Virus genome (UHGV): UHGV-1338014
Length of the DNA: 34,123 bases
Origin: a virus
Strand: one strand, 5' to 3'
Part shown: one piece after another, positions 8,672 through 17,189 of the stretch
Layout of the letters: each line of letters begins with the position of its first letter
How positions within the stretch are numbered: the first letter of the stretch is position 1
Made by a program: the position numbers and the translations under genes
The notes under the pieces: model-generated
Database searches by the model: none
Seen by the model: only the letters and a program-made list of their open reading frames with translations
Told to the model about the DNA's origin: nothing

Positions 8672-9268
8672 ATGGAAAATCAAAAATTCTCCCCGGCCTT
8701 TGAACATGCGCTGAATTTTATTCAGCGTCCCGATATCGAAGGCGTCTATGTCAATGACCCCACTGACCGTGGCGGCGAAACCAAATACGGCATTTCTGAC
8801 CGCCGCGACGGTGTGATTGACGGCAAAACCGATGTCAGCGGCGACGGTAAACCGGATACCCGCATCAGGGATTTAACCCGCGAACAGGTCGCGCAGATTT
8901 ACTGGCGCGATTACTGGCTGCCTGCCGGATGTGATCAGTGGCCTGATGGCGTGGCGATCTTTGTGTTCGATGCAGCCGTTCAGCATGGCGTTAAAAAAGC
9001 TATCAGGATTTTGCAGGAAGCCGCTGATGTGGATGCTGACGGCATCATCGGCCCGCGTACCCGTAAGGCCGTGAGTCTGTCCACCCCGGACTGGTTGCTG
9101 GCCCGCTGCATTGTCCGTCGTTCCCGCTTTTATGCCGACATCATCAAGTCAAAACCCGCCCAGGGTAAATACCTGAACGGCTGGTTTAACCGCATGGAAA
9201 AGCTGACCGACGCCTGTCTGGAAATCATCGATACCCCTTTAGGCATCATGTCCGCCACGCGGGGGTGA
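8672..9268 (+). CDS. lys: Putative endolysin (GH108-like lysozyme domain plus peptidoglycan-binding domain, 198 aa)
   Basis: N-terminal DPTDRGGETKYGI and C-terminal DGIIGPRT motifs are typical of the GH108 / PG_binding_3 architecture; first gene after the terminator, in the Mu lys position. Confidence 0.7.
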   Translation: MENQKFSPAFEHALNFIQRPDIEGVYVNDPTDRGGETKYGISDRRDGVIDGKTDVSGDGKPDTRIRDLTREQVAQIYWRDYWLPAGCDQWPDGVAIFVFDAAVQHGVKKAIRILQEAADVDADGIIGPRTRKAVSLSTPDWLLARCIVRRSRFYADIIKSKPAQGKYLNGWFNRMEKLTDACLEIIDTPLGIMSATRG

Positions 9269-9269
9269 T

Positions 9270-9497
9270 ATGGGTAAAGGCTGGGATGCCTCGCTGAGAG
9301 CCGGGCGGCGTGACCGCCTGCGTCAGGAGGTTTTACATCGTATGGCCGGAGGTCCGCCGCCAGAGCCGGTGGACTATACCGGTCATGACGGTACACACGC
9401 CAGCTACTACATGCGTGGCTGGAACTCCGTGGATACACGGGACATTTTCTGGCAGTGCCAGAAGTACAAGGAAAAACTCAATGCACAGAATGAATAG
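9270..9497 (+). CDS. Hypothetical small protein (75 aa), lysis region
   Basis: ORF starting 1 nt after the lys stop; no transmembrane segment; function unknown. Confidence 0.4.
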   Translation: MGKGWDASLRAGRRDRLRQEVLHRMAGGPPPEPVDYTGHDGTHASYYMRGWNSVDTRDIFWQCQKYKEKLNAQNE

Positions 9498-9891
9498 TCT
9501 TTTTGTTCGCGTTATTTACTCCCGCTTTATGTTGTGCCAGTGGTCGTTTCTGGGACTGTCGGCAGTACTTTTTCTGGCAAGCTGTTTTGCCGGATGGCGG
9601 GCGTTTGCGGTCATGGTGCTGGCATACGGCGCGACACTCTGCCTGATTCACAGTTTCTCGCTGGGCAACGTACCTAATCGCCTGCAACCCAAAAGGCGTT
9701 TCCGGGCCGCCTCCCTTCGAATTGTCGGGTGGTCATGGGTGGTCTGGGCCGTTGGTCTTTTCATGCTGACATTCGGCCTTCTTTATCTGAAGGAGCCTTA
9801 TCAGCTGGCGTTCTGGCTGGGCGGTATCTTTTGCGCGGCACTTTATAAACATCAGCGCAGTTTTCATAAGGGGGATTCATGGATCCGTTAA
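9481..9891 (+). CDS. Putative multi-pass membrane protein (holin-like candidate, 136 aa)
   Basis: Internal ATG 9481 with AAGGA RBS; about four hydrophobic helices (FLGLSAVLFLASCFAGW, AVMVLAYGATLCLIHSF, GWSWVVWAVGLFMLTFGLL, LAFWLGGIFCAALY). The upstream part of the 9310 ORF looks untranslated. Confidence 0.5.
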   Translation: MHRMNSLFVRVIYSRFMLCQWSFLGLSAVLFLASCFAGWRAFAVMVLAYGATLCLIHSFSLGNVPNRLQPKRRFRAASLRIVGWSWVVWAVGLFMLTFGLLYLKEPYQLAFWLGGIFCAALYKHQRSFHKGDSWIR

Positions 9892-10487
9892 CCCTTTCAG
9901 GCATCGCCTCTGTTCTGCTGAAAGCCGGGCCGGGGCTGATTCGTTCCGTCGGGCGCTGGTTTGGTGGTAGCACATCTGCCGCCGCTGACTCGGTGGCCGG
10001 TATGGTGGAAAGCGTCCGGGAAAGCCTGCCGGTTACCGAACAGCAACGCATTCTGGAACAACAACTGACGGCGTTGTCACCGGAGCAACTGATGCAACTG
10101 GAAACGCTGAAAGTCCAGTTACAACAGCTTGAGGTGGAACGGCAGAAGCTGGTGCTGGCTGACGAGCAGGCCGCGCATCACGAACAGCAGGAAACCATCC
10201 GCAATGGTGACAACGCTGCGGACAGCTATGTGCGCCAGACGCGCCCGCTGCTGGCCCGTCTTTCCTGTTACAGCAGTCTGACCTATGTGCTGTTGCTCTC
10301 CTGTGGCCAGATTGCCGGAGCCATTGCCGGTGCCAGAGGTATCACACTGCATATGCCGTCACCGGACTGGGATATCACGCTGATGTTGCTTACCCCGGCG
10401 CTGGGCTATCTCGGAGTAAGAACCATGGACGGCTTTGCCCGGTACAGCAAATCGAGCCGTCACAAAATCTCTGCGGGGCCGAAATGA
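9879..10487 (+). CDS. Hypothetical protein with coiled-coil middle region and C-terminal hydrophobic segments (202 aa)
   Basis: ORF overlapping neighbours in the lysis/early-late region; possibly lysis-associated. Confidence 0.5.
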   Translation: MDPLTLSGIASVLLKAGPGLIRSVGRWFGGSTSAAADSVAGMVESVRESLPVTEQQRILEQQLTALSPEQLMQLETLKVQLQQLEVERQKLVLADEQAAHHEQQETIRNGDNAADSYVRQTRPLLARLSCYSSLTYVLLLSCGQIAGAIAGARGITLHMPSPDWDITLMLLTPALGYLGVRTMDGFARYSKSSRHKISAGPK

Positions 10488-10711
10488 CCGACGAAATCGA
10501 CCGCATCAGTGAAGTGGTTATGAACGAACGTCAGAGCGTCGTTAACGCCTGGCAGACGCGGACAAAAGAAGCGCCCCATAGTCGGGGCTGCTGCAATGAC
10601 TGTGGGAACGTTATTCCGGCACAACGCCTTGCGGCGCTGCCGGATGTGGTGACCTGTATTGACTGTCAGCATATTCGGGAACGCAGGAGGAAAACGTGTC
10701 CTGGGAAATGA
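10484..10711 (+). CDS. TraR/DksA-family C4 zinc-finger protein (75 aa)
   Basis: CNDCGNVIPAQR...CIDCQ four-cysteine motif characteristic of phage TraR/DksA-like proteins. Confidence 0.7.
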   Translation: MTDEIDRISEVVMNERQSVVNAWQTRTKEAPHSRGCCNDCGNVIPAQRLAALPDVVTCIDCQHIRERRRKTCPGK

Positions 10712-11001
10712 TCAGAGCCAACTGGCCCATTCTGTGGGCATTGCTGATGACAGGAATAAACCTGCTTCAGTTGATACTGGCGAAAACCTACGTCAAACGT
10801 GAAGAGTTTGATTCACTCCGTTCCCGCGTGTCGGTGATGGAAAGCCAGGTACACCATTTACCTGACCGTGATGAGTTCCACCGCCTGCAACTGGATATCA
10901 GCAATCTGCGGGGAGAAATCAAAGAACTGGGGCCATCCATCCGCCAGGTATCCCGCATCAGCGATTTGTTATTAGAGAACGAGTTAAAGGAAAAAAATTA
11001 A
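10696..11001 (+). CDS. Membrane-anchored coiled-coil protein (101 aa)
   Basis: N-terminal hydrophobic helix (WPILWALLMTGINLLQLIL) followed by a predicted coiled coil; function unknown (could be a spanin-like or assembly protein). Confidence 0.5.
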   Translation: MSWEMIRANWPILWALLMTGINLLQLILAKTYVKREEFDSLRSRVSVMESQVHHLPDRDEFHRLQLDISNLRGEIKELGPSIRQVSRISDLLLENELKEKN

Positions 11002-11294
11002 TGGCGATGAAAGAGATCCTCACTGAAGACCGTCGTCTGGTGTTACTGCGTTCCCTGCTGGACTGTGGCGACAGCGCGAATGAATCCGTGTTGCAGACCT
11101 GCCTTCAGGCTTACGGTCATAAGGTATCCCGTGATGTGGTGCGCACTCAGCTTGCATGGCTTCGCGAGCAGGGGCTGGTTCGTCTGTCTGATGTGGGCGG
11201 CTGTTACGTGGCTGAAATCACCGGCAGCGGCGAGGATGTGGCAAACGGCCTGTCCAGCGTTCCGGGCGTTAAAAAACCCCGTGCGAGGGACTGA
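11001..11294 (+). CDS. Hypothetical protein, possible winged-helix fold (97 aa)
   Basis: ORF with start overlapping the upstream stop; function unknown. Confidence 0.5.
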   Translation: MAMKEILTEDRRLVLLRSLLDCGDSANESVLQTCLQAYGHKVSRDVVRTQLAWLREQGLVRLSDVGGCYVAEITGSGEDVANGLSSVPGVKKPRARD

Positions 11295-11296
11295 GC

Positions 11297-11584
11297 ATGG
11301 CCCGAAAACTGAAGCCGTTAAGTCGCGGAGAACGGGCCGTCGTGCGGCAACTGGCGTACTGCCTTGTGCTGGCAGATATTGAGCAAAACGCCATTGTCCG
11401 TGCATACGAAAAACAGACAGGAAAGCCCTGGAACCCGGATGCACCGGATACCCCCATGAAACGCGCCCTGCGATCATCACCGGCATGTGCGCGGCTGTGG
11501 AAGCTGTTAAGTAAGGATATTCAGTCCGTTCGTGAAGAAATATACGCCGGTCTGAAAACGCAGAGGTCTGAAGATGGAAAATGA
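11297..11584 (+). CDS. Hypothetical protein (95 aa)
   Basis: ORF immediately upstream of the small terminase gene. Confidence 0.5.
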   Translation: MARKLKPLSRGERAVVRQLAYCLVLADIEQNAIVRAYEKQTGKPWNPDAPDTPMKRALRSSPACARLWKLLSKDIQSVREEIYAGLKTQRSEDGK

Positions 11585-12155
11585 ACAACGCCCCACCCGT
11601 GGCCGTCTTTCCAAAGTGGATTTACTCCCGGACAGCATCCGGGAGCAGTTACATCAGATGCTGCGGGAAAAGCGGCACACGCAGGAAGAAATCCGCGAAG
11701 CCATCAACACCCTGATTGACGAACACAACCTGCCGGAAGAGATGCAGTTAAGCCGGACGGGCTTAAACCGCTATGCCAGCCGTATGGAAAAAGTCGGGGC
11801 CAAAATCCGCGCCTCCCGCGAGATGGCCGAGGTCTGGGCGGCAAAGCTGGGTTCCGCGCCGACGTCAGACGTCGGCAAGCTGCTGATGGAGTTTGTAAAA
11901 ACGCTGGCCTTTGAAACGTCCATGTCGATGGCAGAAGACGACAAGCCCGTTGCACCGAAGGCGCTGGGCCAACTGGCGCTGGTTGCCCAGCGTCTGGAAG
12001 CAGCCGCCATGACCAGCCATAAACGCGAGAAAGCGATCCGCGATGCGTTTGCGCAGGAGATGGCAGAAAAAACCGAAGAGCTGGTCAGAACGGGCGGTCT
12101 GTCAGGCGGTGCGGCTGACACCATCAAACGGGACATTCTGGGGATTAGCGCATGA
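11574..12155 (+). CDS. Terminase small subunit, Mu gp27-like (193 aa)
   Basis: Position immediately upstream of large terminase with overlap; size and charged helical composition typical of Mu-like small terminase. Confidence 0.7.
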   Translation: MENEQRPTRGRLSKVDLLPDSIREQLHQMLREKRHTQEEIREAINTLIDEHNLPEEMQLSRTGLNRYASRMEKVGAKIRASREMAEVWAAKLGSAPTSDVGKLLMEFVKTLAFETSMSMAEDDKPVAPKALGQLALVAQRLEAAAMTSHKREKAIRDAFAQEMAEKTEELVRTGGLSGGAADTIKRDILGISA

Positions 12156-13687
12156 CACAGATGAACACGTTCAGTGAATCCGATGTTCTGCTGCCGTATC
12201 AGAAACGCTGGGTTGCGGATGATTCAAAACTGAAAATCGCCGAGAAATCCCGCCGTACCGGTTTAACCTGGGCAGAAGCGGCAGATGCGGCACTGACCGC
12301 ATCACTGAAGAAGGAAAACGGCGGGAGCGATCACTTTTATATCGGTTCGAATAAGGAGATGGCCCGCGAATTTATCGACGCCGTGGCAATGTGGGCGAAA
12401 GCGTTTAATGCGGCAGCAGAAGAAATCCGCGAGGAAGTGATCACCGACGAAGACAAGGACATTCTGACGTTCGTCGTGTACTTCGCCAGCGGATTTAAGG
12501 TCAAGGCGCTGTCCAGTAATCCGGGCAACATTCGCGGGATGCAGGGGAATGTCACCATCGACGAGGCGGCGTTTCATGAACAACTGGATGAGGTACTCAA
12601 GGCGGTCACACCACTGACCACGTGGGGCGGTAAGGTTCGCCTTATCTCTACCCATGACGGCGTGGACAACCCGTTTAACCAGCTGATTCAGGAAAGCCGC
12701 GCAGGCAAAAAAGATTACCGTATTCACACCATCACGCTGGATGATGCCTGCAATGACGGGCTGTACCGGCGTATCTGTCAGGTGCGCGGCATGGTGTGGT
12801 CACCGGAGGCCGAGGCGGAATGGAAAGAAGGTCTGCTGAGAAATACCGCCACCCGCGAAGACGCCCTGGAGGAATACTACTGCGTCCCGAAAAACGGCGG
12901 CGGCACGTATATCCCTCGCTCACTGCGTGAACGTGCGGCCCGTGGCACCGGGAAAGTGTTGCGCTTTACCGGCACACCGGAATTTAACGCACTGACAGAA
13001 AGCCAGCGCCGGGCAGAAATCCGGGAATGGCTGGAGACGGTGGTGCGCCCCGAGCTGGAAAAACTCCCGAAGAACCTGCGCCACTGTCTGGGGGAAGACT
13101 TTGCGCGTTCGGGTGACCTGACCGTACTGGCCCCTGTGACGGTGAACGATGACACCACCCGCGAGGTGCCGTTCCTGGTTGAGCTTGGCAATGTGCCGTT
13201 TAAACAGCAGGAGCAGGTGCTGTTCTGGCTTTGCGATCGTCTGCCCCGTCGTGACGGTATCAAAATGGATGCACGGGGGAATGGTCAGTATCTGGCAGAA
13301 CAGGCGGCGGAGCGGTACGGCGATGAGGTGGAACAGGTGATGCTGTCCGTGGCGTTCTACCGCGAAAACATGCCCCGTTTCCGTGCAGCGTTTGAAGATG
13401 ATGAGCTGATCCTTCCGAAGCATGAAGACGTGATCAATGACCTCGGGGCCATTCAGTTACTGCGTGGTGTTCCCGGCATTGACGATGCCCGTACTAAAGG
13501 TAGCGATGGCCGCAAGCGTCACGGCGATGCCGCTGTGGCCATTTTCCTGGGCTTCCTTGCCAGCAAGGATGACTGCCACCGTTACGAGCTGCACCGCCTG
13601 AACCGCCCGGCGAAACCGGAAGAAGGCAACACGCGCCGCCAGATGAAACTGACACGCGGCCTGAAAAATGAGGGAGGTTTACTGTGA
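12152..13687 (+). CDS. Terminase large subunit, Mu gp28-like (511 aa)
   Basis: Size and position; N-terminal ATPase region and C-terminal nuclease-like region with acidic residues (GEDFARSGDLTVL). Confidence 0.85.
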   Translation: MTQMNTFSESDVLLPYQKRWVADDSKLKIAEKSRRTGLTWAEAADAALTASLKKENGGSDHFYIGSNKEMAREFIDAVAMWAKAFNAAAEEIREEVITDEDKDILTFVVYFASGFKVKALSSNPGNIRGMQGNVTIDEAAFHEQLDEVLKAVTPLTTWGGKVRLISTHDGVDNPFNQLIQESRAGKKDYRIHTITLDDACNDGLYRRICQVRGMVWSPEAEAEWKEGLLRNTATREDALEEYYCVPKNGGGTYIPRSLRERAARGTGKVLRFTGTPEFNALTESQRRAEIREWLETVVRPELEKLPKNLRHCLGEDFARSGDLTVLAPVTVNDDTTREVPFLVELGNVPFKQQEQVLFWLCDRLPRRDGIKMDARGNGQYLAEQAAERYGDEVEQVMLSVAFYRENMPRFRAAFEDDELILPKHEDVINDLGAIQLLRGVPGIDDARTKGSDGRKRHGDAAVAIFLGFLASKDDCHRYELHRLNRPAKPEEGNTRRQMKLTRGLKNEGGLL

Positions 13688-15255
13688 ACCTGAAACAACT
13701 GGCCGGAGCCGTTCGCCGTCTGCTGAACCCGGCAACCGGTGAGGAAGATACGCTGAAAAAAGAGAGGCTCGATGAAGTACAGGCCCGTCCGCGTCAGGCA
13801 GGTGTGCGCTCGGCCTCGCCGGGCATCAGTATCGCTTCCGGGCTGAATCCCGGCAGGCTGGCAGGTATTCTGCGCAATGCTGCCGACGGTATCACACGTG
13901 ATTTTTTTATCCTTGCCGAAGAGATGGAAGAACGCGATTTGCATTACGCTTCGGTGTTGCGCACCCGCAAGCTGACGGTAGCCGGTATCGAACCGGTGGT
14001 GGTTGCCGCCAGTGATGACGATGCCGACGTGCAGCTGGCGGACGCCATCCGGGCGCTGATGGACGCTCCGCAAATTCCCGAACTGTTGTTTGATTTGCTC
14101 GACGGGCTGGGAAAAGGTGTGGCGGTCTGTGAAATTCTCTGGAACACCCGCAACAACCACTGGGTGCCCCGTGATTATGAGTGGGTTGATCCCCGTTTTC
14201 TGAAAGCCGAAAAGCCCACGCTGCGCCAGTTCCGCCTGCTGACTGACGATGAGCCGGTGGATGGCGTACCGCTGACACCGGGAAAATTCATTGTTCACCA
14301 GCCGCGTCTGAAATCCGGTCTGCCGCTGCGTAACGGTCTGGCCCGTCTGGTGGCGGTAATGTACATGCTGAAATCCTTTACCGTACGTGACTGGTGGGCA
14401 TTTGCGGAAAAATTCGGCATTCCGGTCACGGTGGGGAAATACGGCCCCAACGCCACGGAGGAGCAAATCCGCGTGCTGATTGACGCGATTGCCTCCATTG
14501 CCTCGGATGCCGGGTGTGCCATTCCGCAGTCCATGCAACTGGAGATGCAGGAAACCGCCAGCCGGAATAACGGCGGTGCACTGTTCCGTGAAATGGCGGA
14601 ATGGTGTGATGCGCAAATCAGTAAGGCTGTGCTGGGGCAGACCATGACCACGGATAACGGCAGTTCGCGTTCACAGGCGGACGTGCACAATCAGGTGCGC
14701 ATGGACATTGTGCGCTGGGATGCGCGGCAGCTGGCTAACACGCTGAACGAATATCTGGTACGTCCCTACATCGAGGCCAACTACGGGCCACAGGCGCACT
14801 ACCCCCGTGTTGTTCTGCGTATCAGTGAAGCAGAAGATCTGAAGGCGCTGACAGACGCCGTCGTGCCGCTGATTGACCGGGGGCTGCGGGTTCAGGAATC
14901 GGAGCTGCGGGACCGGTTCGGTTTTGCTGAACCGGATGAAGGGGCGGAAGTTCTGCATCCTGTGTCTGCCGGGGTGCCAGGTGATATGGCGATGAACCGT
15001 GAGCGCGTCGCCCTGAACCGGGAACACCCCGACGAACTGGCACAGATGGTGGATGATGCCCTGCGTGACTGGCAGAAAACCGGCGAGGCGTTCACGAACC
15101 CGGTGCTGACACTGGCGCAGGAATGCGACAGTTTTGATGACTTTCTGAAACGCCTGCCTGAGCTTCAGGAAACGCTGAACGCGGACGACTTTGCCCTGCA
15201 ACTGGCAGAGGTGTGCTTTAAGGCGCGAGCACTGGGAGACACTGCTCATGCGTGA
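13684..15255 (+). CDS. Portal protein, Mu gp29-like (523 aa)
   Basis: Size and position directly after large terminase with overlap. Confidence 0.85.
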   Translation: MNLKQLAGAVRRLLNPATGEEDTLKKERLDEVQARPRQAGVRSASPGISIASGLNPGRLAGILRNAADGITRDFFILAEEMEERDLHYASVLRTRKLTVAGIEPVVVAASDDDADVQLADAIRALMDAPQIPELLFDLLDGLGKGVAVCEILWNTRNNHWVPRDYEWVDPRFLKAEKPTLRQFRLLTDDEPVDGVPLTPGKFIVHQPRLKSGLPLRNGLARLVAVMYMLKSFTVRDWWAFAEKFGIPVTVGKYGPNATEEQIRVLIDAIASIASDAGCAIPQSMQLEMQETASRNNGGALFREMAEWCDAQISKAVLGQTMTTDNGSSRSQADVHNQVRMDIVRWDARQLANTLNEYLVRPYIEANYGPQAHYPRVVLRISEAEDLKALTDAVVPLIDRGLRVQESELRDRFGFAEPDEGAEVLHPVSAGVPGDMAMNRERVALNREHPDELAQMVDDALRDWQKTGEAFTNPVLTLAQECDSFDDFLKRLPELQETLNADDFALQLAEVCFKARALGDTAHA

Positions 15256-16012
15256 AACCCTCATCCCGAAAGAGGTGCTGGCGTGGCTGAAGGCGAAGAA
15301 GCTGCGCCCCGGTTTTGATTACCGGGATGTGTGGCGGGAAGAACACCGGAACAGCTTCACCGTGGCAAAAATGCTGCAACTGGATTTGTTGTCGGATGTG
15401 AAAGCCCTTGTGGAAGACGCCCTGCAAAGCGGGCAGACGTTCAGTGAGTTCCGGGAGGCGCTGCAACCGCTGCTGATAAAACGCGGATGGTGGGGCGTAC
15501 AGGAGATGGATGATCCGCTGACAGGAGAAACGCGCACCGTACAGCTGGGCAGCGACCGCCGCCTCCGCACGATTTTTGATACCAACATGCGCACCGCCCG
15601 CGCAGCGGGCCAGTGGGAACGCATTCAGCGGACAAAACGGGCCATGCCGTATCTGATTTACGAGCTGGGGCCATCCCGCGAGCACCGGGCGGAGCATGTG
15701 AAATGGGCGCGTCTGTGTCTGCCGGTAGATCATCCGTTCTGGCAGACGCATTTTGCCCCTAACGGCTGGGGCTGTAAATGCACCATCCGTCAGGTCAGCC
15801 GTGGTGAATATGCGCAACTGGCGGCACAGGGCACCATTCACACCGAAGCGCCGGAAATCAGAACTGTCCGCTGGGTGAACAAACGCACGGGCGAAGAGGA
15901 AGATGTGCCGGAAGGGATTGATCCGGGCTGGAACTACAATCCCGGCATAAACCGTGAGCAGGAGCTGGCGCGCCAGCTGGCGACAAAACAGGCCCGTTTT
16001 GACAGTGAATAA
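15248..16012 (+). CDS. F: Head morphogenesis protein, Phage_Mu_F domain (about 255 aa)
   Basis: Motif REHRAEHVKWARLCLPVDHPFWQTHFAPNGWGCKCTIRQV fits the Mu F / SPP1 gp7 family; ATG 15248 overlaps the portal stop. It looks shorter than I would expect for Mu F, which I cannot verify. Confidence 0.75.
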   Translation: MRETLIPKEVLAWLKAKKLRPGFDYRDVWREEHRNSFTVAKMLQLDLLSDVKALVEDALQSGQTFSEFREALQPLLIKRGWWGVQEMDDPLTGETRTVQLGSDRRLRTIFDTNMRTARAAGQWERIQRTKRAMPYLIYELGPSREHRAEHVKWARLCLPVDHPFWQTHFAPNGWGCKCTIRQVSRGEYAQLAAQGTIHTEAPEIRTVRWVNKRTGEEEDVPEGIDPGWNYNPGINREQELARQLATKQARFDSE

Positions 16013-16226
16013 CCCTCCCGCCGTAAATCCCCCTGAAATGCATCAGAAACGCGTTTTTTATTCTGATGGCATGAATGTGCATTCTGACGTTTTTGAAGGC
16101 GCTGTGGCGTTTTTGAAGGGGTTTTGAAGGGGGTATTCTTCCCGTTTTCAGTGAAGCCGGTAAATCCGGCTTTTTTTCTGCCTTCCGCATACTGACCGTC
16201 AGTAACCCCAAACGACGGAGACTGAC
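16013..16226. promoter_or_regulatory. Central non-coding spacer: inverted repeat, three tandem (T)TTTGAAGG repeats, terminator, then late promoter region for gene I; candidate strong gyrase site
   Basis: No ORF; IR CATCAGAA-N12-TTCTGATG at 16041..16068; CGTTTTTGAAGG / CGTTTTTGAAGG / GTTTTGAAGG between about 16091 and 16134; terminator at 16155..16177. The gyrase-site idea rests only on position near the genome centre. Confidence 0.45.
16155..16177 (+). terminator. Rho-independent terminator, identical copy of the 8594..8616 hairpin
   Basis: Same AGCCGGTAAATCCGGCTTTTTTT sequence, downstream of F and upstream of I. Confidence 0.75.
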
Positions 16227-17189
16227 ATGCAACCGGAACTGCTGGCGCTGTGTTTTTCCCTGCCAGAACCCATCAATGAGCTGACACCCGCTCAACTGCC
16301 GGAATGGCTTGAACTCGTCCCTGCGGGTGAGTTCACCGGGCGCGATGGCCGGACGTGGATTAACCGCAATCCACATGAGGTGGTTGCCCGTTCGTCCGAC
16401 ATCAAAATTCCGGTGGACATTGAACACGCCACCGAAATTAAAGGCCCGCGGGGTGAAGATGCTCCGGCGTATGGCTGGGTGGAGGAACTGCGGGTGACGG
16501 ACAGCAGCACCATTGAAGGCCGTGTTGTCTGGAGTGAGTCCGCCCGGTGGATGCTGAGCGAGCGCCGCTACCGCTATTACAGCCCGGCGTTTTTCTTTGA
16601 CGCGGACGGTGCGGTGACACGCCTGTCCAGCGTCGGGCTGACCAACAAACCTAACCTGGATTTTCCTGCACTGAATACGGAGAAAAACCCGATGACAGTA
16701 CCTGTGCAAATCACCGGCCTGCTTGGGCTGGCTGAATCCGCCACGGTGGACGATACCGTGGCCGCCATTAAACAACTTCAGGAGAACGAACAGGTGGCGC
16801 TGAACCGCGCACAGACACCTGATCTGACGAAGTTTGTGCCGGTGGAAACCCACAATCTGGCACTGAACCGTGCCGAAACCGCAGAACAACGCCTTCAGCA
16901 ACTGGAAGCTAAGGAAGCAGAAGCGCTTGTGGATGCGGCCATCGAAGCCGGAAAAGTGGCCCCGGCAAACCGTGACATGTTCCTTGCCACCTGCCGTACG
17001 GAAGAAGGCCGCAAACAGTTTGCGGAGTACACCAGAGGTGCACAGCCGCTGGTGAACAACGACAAGCCCAGCCAGGGCAAGGATAAACCCGCGCAGACAC
17101 TGACCGACGCCGAACTGGCGATGTGCCGCAGCATGGGTATTACCGGGGAAGAGTTCCTCGCCGCTAAACCAAAACAGGAGAATAACTGA
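16227..17189 (+). CDS. I: Head maturation protease / scaffold, Mu I-like (320 aa)
   Basis: Position before the major head gene; Ala/Glu-rich coiled-coil C-terminal half typical of scaffold. Confidence 0.8.
   Translation: MQPELLALCFSLPEPINELTPAQLPEWLELVPAGEFTGRDGRTWINRNPHEVVARSSDIKIPVDIEHATEIKGPRGEDAPAYGWVEELRVTDSSTIEGRVVWSESARWMLSERRYRYYSPAFFFDADGAVTRLSSVGLTNKPNLDFPALNTEKNPMTVPVQITGLLGLAESATVDDTVAAIKQLQENEQVALNRAQTPDLTKFVPVETHNLALNRAETAEQRLQQLEAKEAEALVDAAIEAGKVAPANRDMFLATCRTEEGRKQFAEYTRGAQPLVNNDKPSQGKDKPAQTLTDAELAMCRSMGITGEEFLAAKPKQENN

Noticed and set aside
13582-14616. Minus-strand ORF (344 aa) inside the portal gene
   Set aside because: Fully embedded antisense in the portal coding region; no RBS or context; every other gene in the late cluster is on the + strand.
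16071-16130. Short peptide ORF (about 18 codons, ATGAATGTGCATTCTGACG...) within the central spacer
   Set aside because: No convincing RBS and it is made up of the tandem DNA repeats; more likely a chance frame than a micro-protein, though not excluded.
15858-16901. Long minus-strand ORF (347 aa) spanning the F-I spacer and the protease gene
   Set aside because: Antisense to well-supported + strand genes, crosses the non-coding spacer and terminator, and has an Arg/Pro/Gly-rich composition typical of spurious reverse-frame ORFs in GC-rich coding DNA.
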